Shown here piece by piece: positions 9,605 through 19,466 of a DNA stretch of 64,000 bases. A model generated the notes under the pieces. It saw only the letters and a program-made list of their open reading frames with translations, did not search any database and was not told where the DNA came from. Source of the DNA: SAR202 cluster bacterium (GTDB lineage Bacteria > Chloroflexota > Dehalococcoidia > Lucifugimonadales > UBA1123); contig JASMDM010000044.1 of assembly GCA_030752795.1 (NCBI GenBank), positions 17,096-81,095 on the forward strand, read 5' to 3'. The position numbers were made by a program, and so were the translations under genes. The stretch's first letter is position 1. The number at the start of each line of letters is the position of its first letter.

Positions 9605-9672
9605 GGATTGTGTTCGAACGAGATCAGGTTTGCTCTGGTCGTTGGCCAGCTTCACCTCTCTGGCGGAGGCGA

Positions 9673-10890
9673 TCAGTCCAACGGGCGATCTTGGTTAGGC
9701 GAGAACACGTTGCCCTCGAACGGGTGGGCGGCGGCGACCTCTTCGTTGAGCACCACGCCGAGTCCGGGTTCGGTCGGCGGGATGATGTAGCCGTCCTGCC
9801 ATTGGATCGGCTTTTCCAGGATGTCGCTGTAGAATCCGCCGAAGGTCTCGATGCTTTCCTGAATCAAGAAGTTGGGGCTGCAGGTGTCGATCTGGATGTT
9901 GGCGGCCGCTTCGACCGGGCCGCAGTAGAGATGGGGTGCGATCTGCGCGTAGTGCGCTTCGGCCATCCCCGCGATCTTTTTCGCCTCCATGATGCCGCCG
10001 ACCCGTCCCAGCGCCATCTGCAGGATGACGGCGGCTTGTTGCTGGAGCAACTCAGCGAACTCGTACTTGGTCGACAGTCGTTCGCCTGAGGCCACGGGGA
10101 TGGTCGTGCTATGGGCAACTCGGGCCATCTCGCGCCGGTTTTCCGGCGGAACAGGCTCCTCGAACCAAAGCGGGTCGAACCGCTCGATACGCCTGGCGAG
10201 GCGGATGGCGCTCGACGTCGTCATCTGGCCGTGCGTCCCGATGAGCAGATCGCACTTGTCGCCGACGGCCTCGCGTACGTTCTTGACGACGAGCTCGGCG
10301 TTGGACAGCGCCTCGAGCGAGAGCTGCCTCGGGTCGAACGCCGACATGGGCATGACCGGGTCGAATTTGACGCCCGTGAACCCCATCTCGACGTATTGTG
10401 CGGCCCGAATCGGCGCTTTTTTGGCGTCGCCGAAAATGTTGCCCGGGATCGGATCCTCGTTATCGAATTTCGTCTCCGTCCCGACGGAGCCAGGGTACAG
10501 ATATGTGTACGAGCGAAGTTTCTCGCGGACTTGGCCACCGAGCAGATTGTAGATCGGCTGATTCAGCGCTTTCCCGACGATGTCCCAGCAAGCCATCTCG
10601 ATGGCGCTAAGGACGCCGAGCGTCGTCAGGTCGGGGTGTTGCGCGTAACCACTGGAGTAGATAACCCGCCACAGACGCTCGGTGTTAAACGGGTCCCAAC
10701 CGACAACGTGGCGCTCGCAAACATCCTCGATTAATTGCGTGACGCGTGGCGGTGAAAACGGTACGCCGTACGCCTCGCCGATGCCGTCGATATTATTGTC
10801 CGTCGTCAGCTTCACAAAGACGAAATAAGGCCCGCCGTGATGTGGTGGCGGATTAGCAACGACGTACGTCTTGAATTCCTTGATAATCAT
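9673..10890 (-). CDS. enolase-superfamily enzyme (mandelate racemase/muconate lactonizing family, acid-sugar dehydratase-like)
   Basis: 405 aa: MIIKEFKTYVVANPPPHHGGPYFVFVKLTTDNNIDGIGEAYG...SAIEMACWDIVGKALNQPIYNLLGG. The N-terminal capping domain and barrel-domain pattern are typical of galactonate/mannonate dehydratase-like members. Confidence 0.9.
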   Translation of the reverse strand: MIIKEFKTYVVANPPPHHGGPYFVFVKLTTDNNIDGIGEAYGVPFSPPRVTQLIEDVCERHVVGWDPFNTERLWRVIYSSGYAQHPDLTTLGVLSAIEMACWDIVGKALNQPIYNLLGGQVREKLRSYTYLYPGSVGTETKFDNEDPIPGNIFGDAKKAPIRAAQYVEMGFTGVKFDPVMPMSAFDPRQLSLEALSNAELVVKNVREAVGDKCDLLIGTHGQMTTSSAIRLARRIERFDPLWFEEPVPPENRREMARVAHSTTIPVASGERLSTKYEFAELLQQQAAVILQMALGRVGGIMEAKKIAGMAEAHYAQIAPHLYCGPVEAAANIQIDTCSPNFLIQESIETFGGFYSDILEKPIQWQDGYIIPPTEPGLGVVLNEEVAAAHPFEGNVFSPNQDRPLD

Positions 10891-10965
10891 GGTTGAAATG
10901 CCTCCGGACGGTTTTGGTTATTCTGGCGTATTTTCACACCGGTGACAGGCAGATTCGGGAACCTG

Positions 10966-11000
10966 GATCAGGTTTTCAGACACTCTCCGAAAACCTGATC
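10966..11000. promoter_or_regulatory. perfect 12-bp inverted repeat with an 11-nt spacer, upstream of the enolase-family gene; candidate operator or RNA hairpin
   Basis: GATCAGGTTTTC-agacactctcc-GAAAACCTGATC, lying 76-110 nt upstream of start codon 10890. No U-tract follows on either strand. Confidence 0.35.
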
Positions 11001-11261
11001 GTTTGCCAAGATATCGACGGTGTCGAGGCAGAATCCGCCCGCCATAGTTCCGTTCGTCGGAACCTGTCGAACCGCCTCAACGCGAAACATTCGTTGCAGT
11101 TGCGTCAGGCGAATTCTACTAGAACGAGGGATGAATTGCATCGAAAGGCGGGGTGCGTGGCGAATGTCGCTTGTGCCTCCGCATGTCGATGGCGTGCGCC
11201 GATGGACACTAGCGTTGGTGAAGGCGATCAGTCGCCGATAGGAGGCACGCCCAGCCAGGTT

Positions 11262-12326
11262 TCAGGCAGTCACGCGGATGAGCTTGCCGTCGCCCAGCGA
11301 TCCCGACTCGACGATCTTGCCGATGATGACGCGTACGCCGACTCCTGCGGATTCAAGCTCGTCGATCAAGCGTGGCGCGTCGTGCGCGGGCAGTGAGATC
11401 AGCAGCCCGCCGGAGGTTTGCGGGTCGACGAGGATATCGGCTGCAGTGTCGGGCAATCCGTCGCCCCAATCCAACAGGTCTTCGACGGCGAGCATGTTGC
11501 GCGCGCCGCCTCCGGTGAGAACGCCCTCTTTCGCCAGCTCGACTGTGCCTGGCAACAGCGGGATCGCGCCGTATTCGATTGTCGCCGCGGCGCCGCTGGC
11601 GTCCAGCATGCCTCGCAGGTGCCCGAGAAGACCGAATCCGGTGGCGTCGACGCAGGCATTGACGCCGACTTTAACCATGGCGTCCGCAGCCGCGGCGTTG
11701 AGCTCGGACATCACGACAATCGCGTTCGCCAGAACGTCGTCGTCGACCACCTGGGCTCTTCCGGCGGTCGTGATGATCCCGGTGCCGATGGGTTTCGTCA
11801 GCACGAGGACGTCGCCGGGTTTCGCGCCCGCGTTGGTGACCTGTTCGCCCGGTTTGACGATGCCGGTGACAGCAAGGCCGTACTTGGGCTCCGCGTCGTC
11901 GACGGTGTGGCCGCCCGCGATCAGGACGCCGGCTTCTTTGGCCTTGGCGGCGCCACCTTTGAGAACGTTTGCCAGGAGATCTTTCGGAAGGTCGACGGGG
12001 AATCCGACGATGTTCAACGCGATGACCGGTTTGCCGCCCATGGCGTAGACGTCGCTAAGCGCGTTGGCGACGGCGATCTCGCCGAACGCAGTTGGGTCGT
12101 CGACGATCGGCGGAAAGAAGTCGACCGTCTGGACCAGCGCAAGGTCGTCGGTCAGCCGATACACGGCTGCGTCGTCGCCCGTGCTGATGCCGACCAAAAG
12201 GTTGGGGTCGGTGACTATTGGCAGCTGACGCAGAACCTGCGCCAGGTCCTCAGGACTGAATTTGGCCGCTCAACCGGCGCAAGATGCGAGGCTGGTCAGC
12301 CTCACGTGGTCGTGTACCTCGGTCAA
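11262..12326 (-). CDS. selD: selenide, water dikinase (selenophosphate synthetase), Sec-containing form; TGA at 12270-12272 decoded as selenocysteine
   Basis: The track ORF 11262..12197 starts mid-protein (VGISTGDDAAVYRL...). The same frame upstream reads TTG(12326) TEVHDHVRLTSLASCAG-TGA-AAKFSPEDLAQVLRQLPIVTDPNLLVGIS. C-A-G-U-A-A-K-F-S-P aligns with E. coli G-A-G-C-G-C-K-I-S-P (Cys17/Lys20), so the TGA sits at the catalytic Cys/Sec position. GGAG lies 9 nt upstream of the TTG. Confidence 0.9.
12243..12258 (-). promoter_or_regulatory. candidate SECIS mini-hairpin for selD
   Basis: 11 nt after the UGA: CAGUCC-UGA-GGA(C)CUG, 6 bp with one bulged C. An alternative hairpin, GCGCAG-GUU-CUGCGU, follows directly 3' of it (27 nt after the UGA). 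Folded by eye only. Confidence 0.35.
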
Positions 12327-12461
12327 ATTCTCTCACTCCAATGAAGTCGATTGCTGTCCCGCGCGACTCGCGCGACTCTAGAGCGATGAGCGAAACGGGG
12401 GTCAACGTTTGGTGACCTCAATCCACGTCCACCGCCTACACACACGAGGTGTCTCAGTATA

Positions 12462-13916
12462 TCAAACGCCAACCAACTGGTGACCTGACGGAGCGTAAGC
12501 CGCTTCGTCGCGATTGCCCGGATAGAACTTCGCCTGACCTCGCTCACGCTTCATCTCGCCGTCTTGGATGACGATCTGTCCGCGCTGCATCGTGAACACC
12601 GGTTTGCCGAGGACTTGCTTGCCCTCGAACATGGTGAAGTCGGCGTTGCAGTGCTGGGCTTCCGCGCTCAGTGTGTGCGACACGGACGGATCGAAGATGA
12701 CCAGGTCGGCGTCGGACCCAGCGGTCAGAGACCCCTTCTGCGGGTACAGGCCGAATATCTTGGCCGGGTTCTCACACATCACCTGGACCAGGCGGGGCAG
12801 GGTGACGCGGCCGCGGTTCACGCCCTCTTCAAAAGCTACGCAGAGCATCTGCTCGGCCCAGTTGCCGCCGAAGCTGGCTTCAAATATCGAGGAGTCCGCG
12901 CTGCCGTCGACGCTGTCTTCGTCTCCAGCCGATTGGCCTCCGGTGAACTTTTGGTCCGCCCTGAACCCGCAGAAGTCGCTGCCGATCGTGTCGATCAATC
13001 CGCTCGCGAGGCCGCGCCACATCGCCTCGTTGTCCGGTCGCTCTCTGAGCGGCGGACCGATCTTGGCGAGCGCGCCGTGGTCGAGCATCTTCTGGTTCGT
13101 CAGGTCCAGGTACTGCGGGCAAGTCTCGCCGAATAGACGAAGACCGTCGCCTTTGAATCGCGTCAACACGTCGAGCACTTCTCGGGCGCTGAGATGGACG
13201 ATGTACAGCGGGCAGTCGGCGACGGTCGCATAGGTTGCCGCCCTGTTGATCGCCTCGATCTCCAAGAGCCGAGGTTGCGATTGCGCGAAGTACTCGGCCG
13301 AGGTTTTGCCTTCGGCGGTGAATTGATCGACCAGGTGGTCGATGCAATACCCGTTCTCCGCGTGGACCATGGCGATGCCGCCGTCGCGCGAAGCGAGCTC
13401 CATCGCTCGCAGCATCCGATCGTCCGGCATCATCATGCCGCGACTGGGATACGTCATGAACATTTTGAACGAGATCACGCCCATGTCGATCAGTCCCGGG
13501 ACCTGCTCTTCGACGTCGTCGGCCGCGAGGAGAATCGCGTGAGCGCCGTAGTCCAGATACGAGGTCTCGTTGGCCTCTTCGATGAATCGATTTACCGCGT
13601 CGATCGTGGTGTCGTCTTCACCGGCGGCCCGCCGGCTTCGCACGAACGGAACGACTGTCGTGATTCCGCCGAACGCCGCGCTGAGCGAGAACGTTTCGAT
13701 GCGGTCGGCGTTCTCGGGGTGGTTGTGCGCGTCCACGACGCCCGGCAACACGTACGCGCCGCTGGCGTCGACGACCCTCGAGGCGCGATCTGGCGCAATG
13801 TCGGGACCGATCTCGGCGATGGTCTCGCCCGAAATGAGAACGTCTTCACGGGTTATCCCGGACCCTCGAACCACCAGTCCTCCGGCGACAATGTAATCGG
13901 CTTTCTCGCTGGTCAT
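12462..13916 (-). CDS. cyclic amidohydrolase (D-hydantoinase/dihydropyrimidinase-like)
   Basis: 484 aa: MTSEKADYIVAGGLVVRGSG...VLPGVVDAHNHP (metal-binding HxH region). Length and N-terminal composite-domain layout fit the hydantoinase/dihydropyrimidinase/allantoinase group. Confidence 0.85.
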   Translation of the reverse strand: MTSEKADYIVAGGLVVRGSGITREDVLISGETIAEIGPDIAPDRASRVVDASGAYVLPGVVDAHNHPENADRIETFSLSAAFGGITTVVPFVRSRRAAGEDDTTIDAVNRFIEEANETSYLDYGAHAILLAADDVEEQVPGLIDMGVISFKMFMTYPSRGMMMPDDRMLRAMELASRDGGIAMVHAENGYCIDHLVDQFTAEGKTSAEYFAQSQPRLLEIEAINRAATYATVADCPLYIVHLSAREVLDVLTRFKGDGLRLFGETCPQYLDLTNQKMLDHGALAKIGPPLRERPDNEAMWRGLASGLIDTIGSDFCGFRADQKFTGGQSAGDEDSVDGSADSSIFEASFGGNWAEQMLCVAFEEGVNRGRVTLPRLVQVMCENPAKIFGLYPQKGSLTAGSDADLVIFDPSVSHTLSAEAQHCNADFTMFEGKQVLGKPVFTMQRGQIVIQDGEMKRERGQAKFYPGNRDEAAYAPSGHQLVGV

Positions 13917-14071
13917 CGGCGTCTCCTATCTCATCGTTCTGGCTGGTATCATACGCTGGGCCGAAGCGGTGTCAAGCTCGTGTGATTGAGTTGTCAGTCT
14001 GCGCGGGTTAGAATGGGTTTTCCGTTCCCGTTTTTCGACATTTGTATTCATTTGAGTACCTGGAGGCACAG

Positions 14072-14875
14072 ATGACTGATTTCAAAACCACCGTGGGCAA
14101 CGTCGAGATGGTGTCGCTGACCGATGGTCAGGGCGCGGGTCCGCCGACAGGCGTCTTCCCGGAAAGCACGGACGAAATCTGGCGTGCCGAGTACCCCGAG
14201 CTCGTCGATGCTGAAGGCATGATCCATCCGCGTTACGGCTGCCTGGCCGTTCGCTCCAGCGGCAAGCTCATCATCGTCGACACCGGCATGCAGGCCCCTG
14301 ACGGCGCGCTGCTGAACGACATGAACGCCAAAGGCGTGGACAGGGACGCGGTCGATCTCGTCGTTACGACTCACCTGCATCCGGACCACGTTGGCTGGAA
14401 CTTGACCGACGGGAAGCCTACCTTCCCCAAAGCGCGGTATCTCGCCCCTCGAACCGACTGGGACTACTGGACTCAGCCCTCGGTAGTCGAGAACGCGGCG
14501 CACATCCAGAACCAGGTGCTGCCCCTCAACGAGCTCAACCTGCTGGACCTGATGGACGACGACTATCAGATTACCGACGAACTCCAAACACTGGCGACAC
14601 CGGGCCATACGCCGGGGCACATCTCGATCAGAGTAACCTCCGCCGGAGAGCGAGGGTTCATTCTGGGCGATGTCGCGCATAGCCCCGCTCAGGCGCACTA
14701 CACCGACTGGAATCCAGCTTTCGACATGGACGGTGCGACCGCTCGGCAGACGCGCAACAGGATCGTTGACAAGTTGGAAGAAGAGGGTGCCGTGGTCGCG
14801 ACCGGCCACTTCCCCGACCCGGGCTTCGGTCGATTCGTAAGACAGGCCGGCCGCCGCGTTTGGCAAGTTCTCTAG
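14072..14875 (+). CDS. MBL-fold metallo-hydrolase
   Basis: THLHPDHVGW (the HxHxDH motif) and later PGHTPGH. GGAGG lies upstream of ATG 14072. Confidence 0.85.
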   Translation: MTDFKTTVGNVEMVSLTDGQGAGPPTGVFPESTDEIWRAEYPELVDAEGMIHPRYGCLAVRSSGKLIIVDTGMQAPDGALLNDMNAKGVDRDAVDLVVTTHLHPDHVGWNLTDGKPTFPKARYLAPRTDWDYWTQPSVVENAAHIQNQVLPLNELNLLDLMDDDYQITDELQTLATPGHTPGHISIRVTSAGERGFILGDVAHSPAQAHYTDWNPAFDMDGATARQTRNRIVDKLEEEGAVVATGHFPDPGFGRFVRQAGRRVWQVL

Positions 14876-14960
14876 GCTTGAAGTGTTCCGCGAGTCCGAG
14901 GGAGTGATTCCCGGGCTCGCGGCCAACTATCCGAAAGTGTTCGAGATCAGTCTCCGAAAA

Positions 14961-15614
14961 ATGAAAATACGTTGGGGTGTGGCGGTCGCATGGTTGGCGC
15001 TGGCCTGCGCCTCTTTGGCGTCGTGTGGGGGAGGCTCGGACGTGCCGGCCGAGGTGCAGGCGCTGCTTGAGCTGGACCGGGGAATCGAGCTCGAAAACGC
15101 CAGCAACTTCGAGCGAGCCCACGACGCGTACGCCACCGCCATCGACATCGACCCCAACTTCGCTGAGGCGTATGCTCGGCGGGGTCGCTCGTACTTGAGA
15201 TACGAAAACCTGCGTCCGAGCTTGGCCGATCTGAACAAAGCCATCGAGATCGACCCCGATCTGGCGATTGGGCACTTGTATCGCGGGATGTTCATGGCCA
15301 AGATCGAGAGGTGGGACGAGGCGTCCCTCGATATGACCAAATCGATCGAATTGGACCCGTCGAACGTCGACGCCTATCTCCAGCGATCGCGCTTGTTCGC
15401 GGAACGAGACGAACCGGAGTCGGGACTCGCGGACTTGGATTCGGCCATTGCCCTCGACGTACAATCCGCCGACCTCTACATGGAGCGCGCCGCACTTCAT
15501 ATGATCGTCGGCAACACCGCCAACGCCGCCGCCGACCTGGAGCAGGTCCTCAGCGTCAGCCAAAACGACGAGCAGCTCATGGTAGTCCGCCAGATGCTGT
15601 CGATCATCCGATGA
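14961..15614 (+). CDS. TPR-repeat lipoprotein
   Basis: MKIRWGVAVAWLALACASLASCGG has a signal peptide with lipobox L-A-S-C. Repeated 34-residue A..Y..AI..DP(N/D)(F/L)A.AY..RG units follow. Confidence 0.8.
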   Translation: MKIRWGVAVAWLALACASLASCGGGSDVPAEVQALLELDRGIELENASNFERAHDAYATAIDIDPNFAEAYARRGRSYLRYENLRPSLADLNKAIEIDPDLAIGHLYRGMFMAKIERWDEASLDMTKSIELDPSNVDAYLQRSRLFAERDEPESGLADLDSAIALDVQSADLYMERAALHMIVGNTANAAADLEQVLSVSQNDEQLMVVRQMLSIIR

Positions 15615-15758
15615 CCAAGAGTGAACAGCTCATCAGCTTTCAGCAGTCAGCAGTCAGGTTGAGCATAGTTGCGTGTGGGCGACGGACAATGTGGGGAGTT
15701 ACCACGGCGAGTCAGCCTCGACAGCGATCGGAAGACAGACAGCGTTGCTCCAAAACAC

Positions 15759-15850
15759 TTGTCATTCTGAGCGAAGTCGAAGAAACTGGGGCCCCGCAGG
15801 GAGTAGATCGTCGCACAGGCCAGATCCTTCGCGGCGGCTCAGGATGACAA
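15759..15850. repeat. palindromic repeat (divergent full copy of the GTCATTCTGAG family)
   Basis: TTGTCATTCTGAGCGAAGTCGAAGAAACTGGGGCCCCGCAGGGAG...CCAGATCCTTCGCGGCGGCTCAGGATGACAA. The two arms are imperfect reverse complements. Confidence 0.7.
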
Positions 15851-15967
15851 CCGAAGAGCAGCCCTTCGGAAATCCGGATGCTTCAGAATCCCAGCTTCGC
15901 CAAGGGTTGTCGAAGTCCCAACAAGACGCGACTTCCGTTGCACAAACCACCTGACGCGCGCGAATCG

Positions 15968-17245
15968 ATGATGAGCATTCGTGCGAACGCCAACGACCGA
16001 CCGGCGTCCCCTGTCGGCACGCGGGACATCATCTGGCTCCTCTCGCTGTCCATCGTCCTGGTGTCCACGCTGCTGCCGTTCTCCAGCTACGTCGCCGCGA
16101 TGCCGTTCATCAAAGAAGAATGGGGCCTCAACAACACCCAGGCAGGCGCCATCTTTTCAGCTTACCTCGCCGGGTACGCAGTGGCGGCACTGCTCGTGTT
16201 GCCGCTGACCGACCGGTTGCCCGTGACTCGTGTGTTCATGGCCTCGGCGATCACGACGGTGTCGGCCAACGTCCTCTTCCCGTTGGTCGCTCAGGATATC
16301 GTCACTGCTTCCCTGTTGAGGGCCGCGGCGGGGGTCGGACTGGTCGGCATATACATGCCCGGACTCAGGATGATCTCGGAGCGGTTCGCCGATTCGGGCA
16401 AAGGCGCGGCGATGGGCATGTACGTCACGGCCTTCTACTCCGCGAGCGCGATTTCGCTGGCATCCACGGGCGCGTTGATGTCGCGGTTCGAATGGAGAGA
16501 CGCGTTCCTGATTCTCGCGGCGATCTCGGCGGTAAACATCCCATTGGCGTACATGGTTACGGCGGGACGCGACATTAGCCGCGGCGCCAGATCGACCGGC
16601 CGGCTCAACGTCCGCGTCATCCGGAACAAGAGAGCCCGGGCGAACATCCTCGCGTATTCGTTGCATGCCATGGAGCTTTACGCGGTGCGAGTTTGGTTGC
16701 CTGGGTTGTTCATGGCAGTGCTGGTCGCTTCGGGAGAGGACCCGGCTGACGCCGCGGTGAAGGCCGCGACGGTGGCTGGGATCGCTCTCGCGTTCGGATC
16801 CGTCGGACCGCTGATGGGCGGCGCCATGTCCGACCGATGGGGTCGCGCCCGAACCGCGGCGGGCATATTCGCGTTGAGCGGCGCCTGCTCCTGGGCGATC
16901 GGTTGGATCGGAGGAGTTCCGTGGCCAGTTCTCGTCGGCGTTGCCGTCGTCTACGGTTGGGCAATATCGGCAGATTCGTCGATCTACTCGACCGCGGTAA
17001 CCGAATCCGCCTCATCCGGCGATCTTGGCTCGATGATGGCGATGCAAGCGTTCCTGGGATTCATGGGCGGCGTCGTCGGTCCGATTCTGATCGGCGGGGT
17101 GCTTGACGTGTTCCCTGACACCATCGACTGGGGCATGGGCTTCTCGGCGATCGGCATGCTTGCCGTCATCGCGATCCCGGTGCTGTTGCGCACCGGGGAC
17201 CCGACGAACGAAGCGCTCACCGAAGAAGAATCGGCGCCGGGATGA
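15968..17245 (+). CDS. MFS transporter
   Basis: About 425 aa from MMSIRAN..., with multiple hydrophobic spans and an MFS-like loop (LTDRLPVTRVF). The start is uncertain; 15878 is the outermost option. Confidence 0.85.
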   Translation: MMSIRANANDRPASPVGTRDIIWLLSLSIVLVSTLLPFSSYVAAMPFIKEEWGLNNTQAGAIFSAYLAGYAVAALLVLPLTDRLPVTRVFMASAITTVSANVLFPLVAQDIVTASLLRAAAGVGLVGIYMPGLRMISERFADSGKGAAMGMYVTAFYSASAISLASTGALMSRFEWRDAFLILAAISAVNIPLAYMVTAGRDISRGARSTGRLNVRVIRNKRARANILAYSLHAMELYAVRVWLPGLFMAVLVASGEDPADAAVKAATVAGIALAFGSVGPLMGGAMSDRWGRARTAAGIFALSGACSWAIGWIGGVPWPVLVGVAVVYGWAISADSSIYSTAVTESASSGDLGSMMAMQAFLGFMGGVVGPILIGGVLDVFPDTIDWGMGFSAIGMLAVIAIPVLLRTGDPTNEALTEEESAPG

Positions 17246-17492
17246 ACTCGTGTTCACCGTTGCGGAAGCCGGATGCGACCGACTCAACAGCCGTGTCGAG
17301 TGGCCTGCGAGCGCCGTCGCGTTGGGCGGTCCGAAACCTGCTTTCTGATGCGCGATATCGGCTCTAAGACAATTGTGAACTGCCCCCGTCGTCTACTATA
17401 ATTCAGACGACCGATCCCCTTTCCCGACATCCCTCTGACCCGGCGCGATGCCCTGGTCGATGTCGGATGCCGCGACGCCGAGAAATGGATAT

Positions 17493-17849
17493 ATGAGAAT
17501 CTACTTTTGCCCGGAATGCGGAGGCTACTCCCTGGGACCCGCCTCCCAATGTGACGAATGCCAAGCCGTGTTGCCCGAAGACAGTTGGGCCGACATTTCC
17601 GAGGAAGAACTTTCCCAACTCGAGTACATAGAAGATCTGGAACTGCCTCCCGGTATGCCAACTTGGGAGTACGAAGTCGTCAAGCTGAGCACCGCATCCG
17701 GAGTGAACGGGATCAGCTATTCAACGGGAGTCCTAAAGCGCATGGGCGAAAAGGGCTGGGAGCTAATCAACATACTCCCAGGCGAGGACTCGGGTGTCCT
17801 GCGTTACGGGGTGTTCAAGCGGTCTTGGGCGCCGGATTACGAAGAGTAG
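17493..17849 (+). CDS. zinc-ribbon plus DUF4177-like small protein
   Basis: MRIYFCPECGGYSLGPASQCDECQ has two CxxC pairs. The C-terminal WEYEVVKL...RMGEKGWELINILPG...YGVFKR resembles DUF4177. The start is uncertain between 17448, 17460 and 17493. Confidence 0.65.
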   Translation: MRIYFCPECGGYSLGPASQCDECQAVLPEDSWADISEEELSQLEYIEDLELPPGMPTWEYEVVKLSTASGVNGISYSTGVLKRMGEKGWELINILPGEDSGVLRYGVFKRSWAPDYEE

Positions 17850-18006
17850 ATCCCGGCCTAACCACCCGTTGACGGGCGCCTCGACGTTTGAGGGAGAATG
17901 CCCGATTTCGGCCGTCCGGACCCGCCAATCGCTTCAGCGCCGCCCCAAAATCCGAAACTTCGTCGTCGATTTCGTCGATACTCGAACAGTGTCATAGGAG
18001 AACGCA

Positions 18007-18924
18007 TTGAAACTCGGCATGAACCTGATCAACTTCGGGCCTGGGGCCACCTCCGAGTCTTTGCTGCGCTCCGCGGTCCTCGCTGAGACGCTCGGCTTCC
18101 ATTTCGTCATGATCGCCGATCACGTAGCAATAACACCGGACGTCAGCGGCCGCTATCCCGCGCCGTTCTACGATCCGTTCATCACGCTCGCTTGGCTTGC
18201 GGGCGAGACGAAGAAGGTCGAGCTCGGCACCACGGTCATCGTGGTCCCGTACAGGAACCCGGTCCACACCGCTCGCCTCGCCGCCAACATAGACCAGATC
18301 AGCGGCGGCAGATTCATCTTCGGCGTGGGCGTCGGCTGGGCCCGGCAGGAGTTTGCGGTCATCGGCGCAGACTTTCACCGACGTGGCGCGGTGACGGACG
18401 AGTATCTGACCGCTATCAAGACGCTTTGGACTCAGCAACCGGCGTCGTTCGACGGCTGGAATGTCCAGTTCCGCGGCATCGATCCAACTCCCATGCCGGT
18501 CCGGTCGCCCCATCCGCCGATTTGGGTCGGCGGAGCGAGCCCCGCTGCGATGCGGCGCGCCGTCATTCATGGCGACGCGTGGCACCCGATGCGGATTAGA
18601 ACCGACCACATGCGTGATGTCGGACTGCCGGCGCTCCGCGAGACGGCCGAGAAGCTGGGGCGCTCCGTGCCCGCGCTCTGCCCGAGGATCCGGCTGGGCT
18701 TGACCAACGGTCCTTTACCCGAAGACACCAGGCTCGCCGGGGAAGGCACGGTCGATCAAGTGCGGACGGACCTGTCCGCGCTGGAAGAACTCGGCGCTGA
18801 CTACGTGCTTCTGGACACATGGGGAGACGACCTAGCGGAAACCACGCTCTATGAGCGGACATTCGCTCAGTACTCCACCGTGGCCGACAAGATCGCGGAC
18901 CTGCCGAACGAAACGGTGCGGTAG
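18007..18924 (+). CDS. luciferase-like monooxygenase (LLM) family oxidoreductase, probably F420-dependent
   Basis: TTG start with AGGAG 6 nt upstream. MKLGMNLINFGPGA...FHFVMIADHV...GGRFIFGVGVGWARQEF... is the typical LLM TIM-barrel pattern. Confidence 0.88.
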   Translation: MKLGMNLINFGPGATSESLLRSAVLAETLGFHFVMIADHVAITPDVSGRYPAPFYDPFITLAWLAGETKKVELGTTVIVVPYRNPVHTARLAANIDQISGGRFIFGVGVGWARQEFAVIGADFHRRGAVTDEYLTAIKTLWTQQPASFDGWNVQFRGIDPTPMPVRSPHPPIWVGGASPAAMRRAVIHGDAWHPMRIRTDHMRDVGLPALRETAEKLGRSVPALCPRIRLGLTNGPLPEDTRLAGEGTVDQVRTDLSALEELGADYVLLDTWGDDLAETTLYERTFAQYSTVADKIADLPNETVR

Positions 18925-18974
18925 CCGCGAGAAGCGTGTTTGATCGATCCGAGAACTGCATCGCGGGCACGCGA

Positions 18975-19466
18975 ATGATCGCCGTGCTGGCGGCAGCACC
19001 GGCCGCTTTCCGGATACTGGTCGCCTGCGGCTCAGAGCCAGCGAGTTCGCCTGAAACAGACGCCCTGGTCCGTGGCGAAGCGATTTACGACCAGCATTGC
19101 GCTGAGTGTCATGGCTCGGACGGCGAAGGCGCGGCCAACTGGCAGCGGCAAAACGCCGACAACACCTACCCGGCGCCTCCGCACGACTCAACGGGCCACA
19201 CCTGGCATCACAGCAACGGATACCTGTTCCGGACCATCCAAGGCGAAGGCGGAGCTTTTGACTTTACGGGGTTCAAGAGCGCAATGCCCTCATTCGGTGA
19301 CCGGCTCGATCCCCAAGACATCAGGACCGTCATCGATCACTTGAAGAGCATGTGGGGCTCGACGGAGTTGGCCGCGCAGTCGCGAGCAAGCGGCAAGACC
19401 CGTTCCCGCCCGATGAGTAGCCGTTTGCCGCGACCGACTGCGAATTCGGATTACGTCCAGCGCTAG
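18975..19466 (+). CDS. c-type cytochrome lipoprotein
   Basis: MIAVLAAAPAAFRILVACGS contains a lipobox. CAECHG is the CxxCH heme-binding motif. A distal ...SAMPSFG may supply the Met ligand. Confidence 0.8.
   Translation: MIAVLAAAPAAFRILVACGSEPASSPETDALVRGEAIYDQHCAECHGSDGEGAANWQRQNADNTYPAPPHDSTGHTWHHSNGYLFRTIQGEGGAFDFTGFKSAMPSFGDRLDPQDIRTVIDHLKSMWGSTELAAQSRASGKTRSRPMSSRLPRPTANSDYVQR

Noticed and set aside
9413-9655. An 80-aa ORF (-) inside the MITE-like element.
   Set aside because: It spans both terminal hairpin repeats and AT-rich filler. It has no RBS and no recognisable motif.
12462-13916. A functional link between the hydantoinase-type amidohydrolase and selD, by analogy with the E. coli ygeZ region associated with selenium-dependent molybdenum hydroxylases.
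   Set aside because: No xanthine-dehydrogenase-like, yqeB/yqeC or ssnA-like genes are in the window. Adjacency alone is not evidence.
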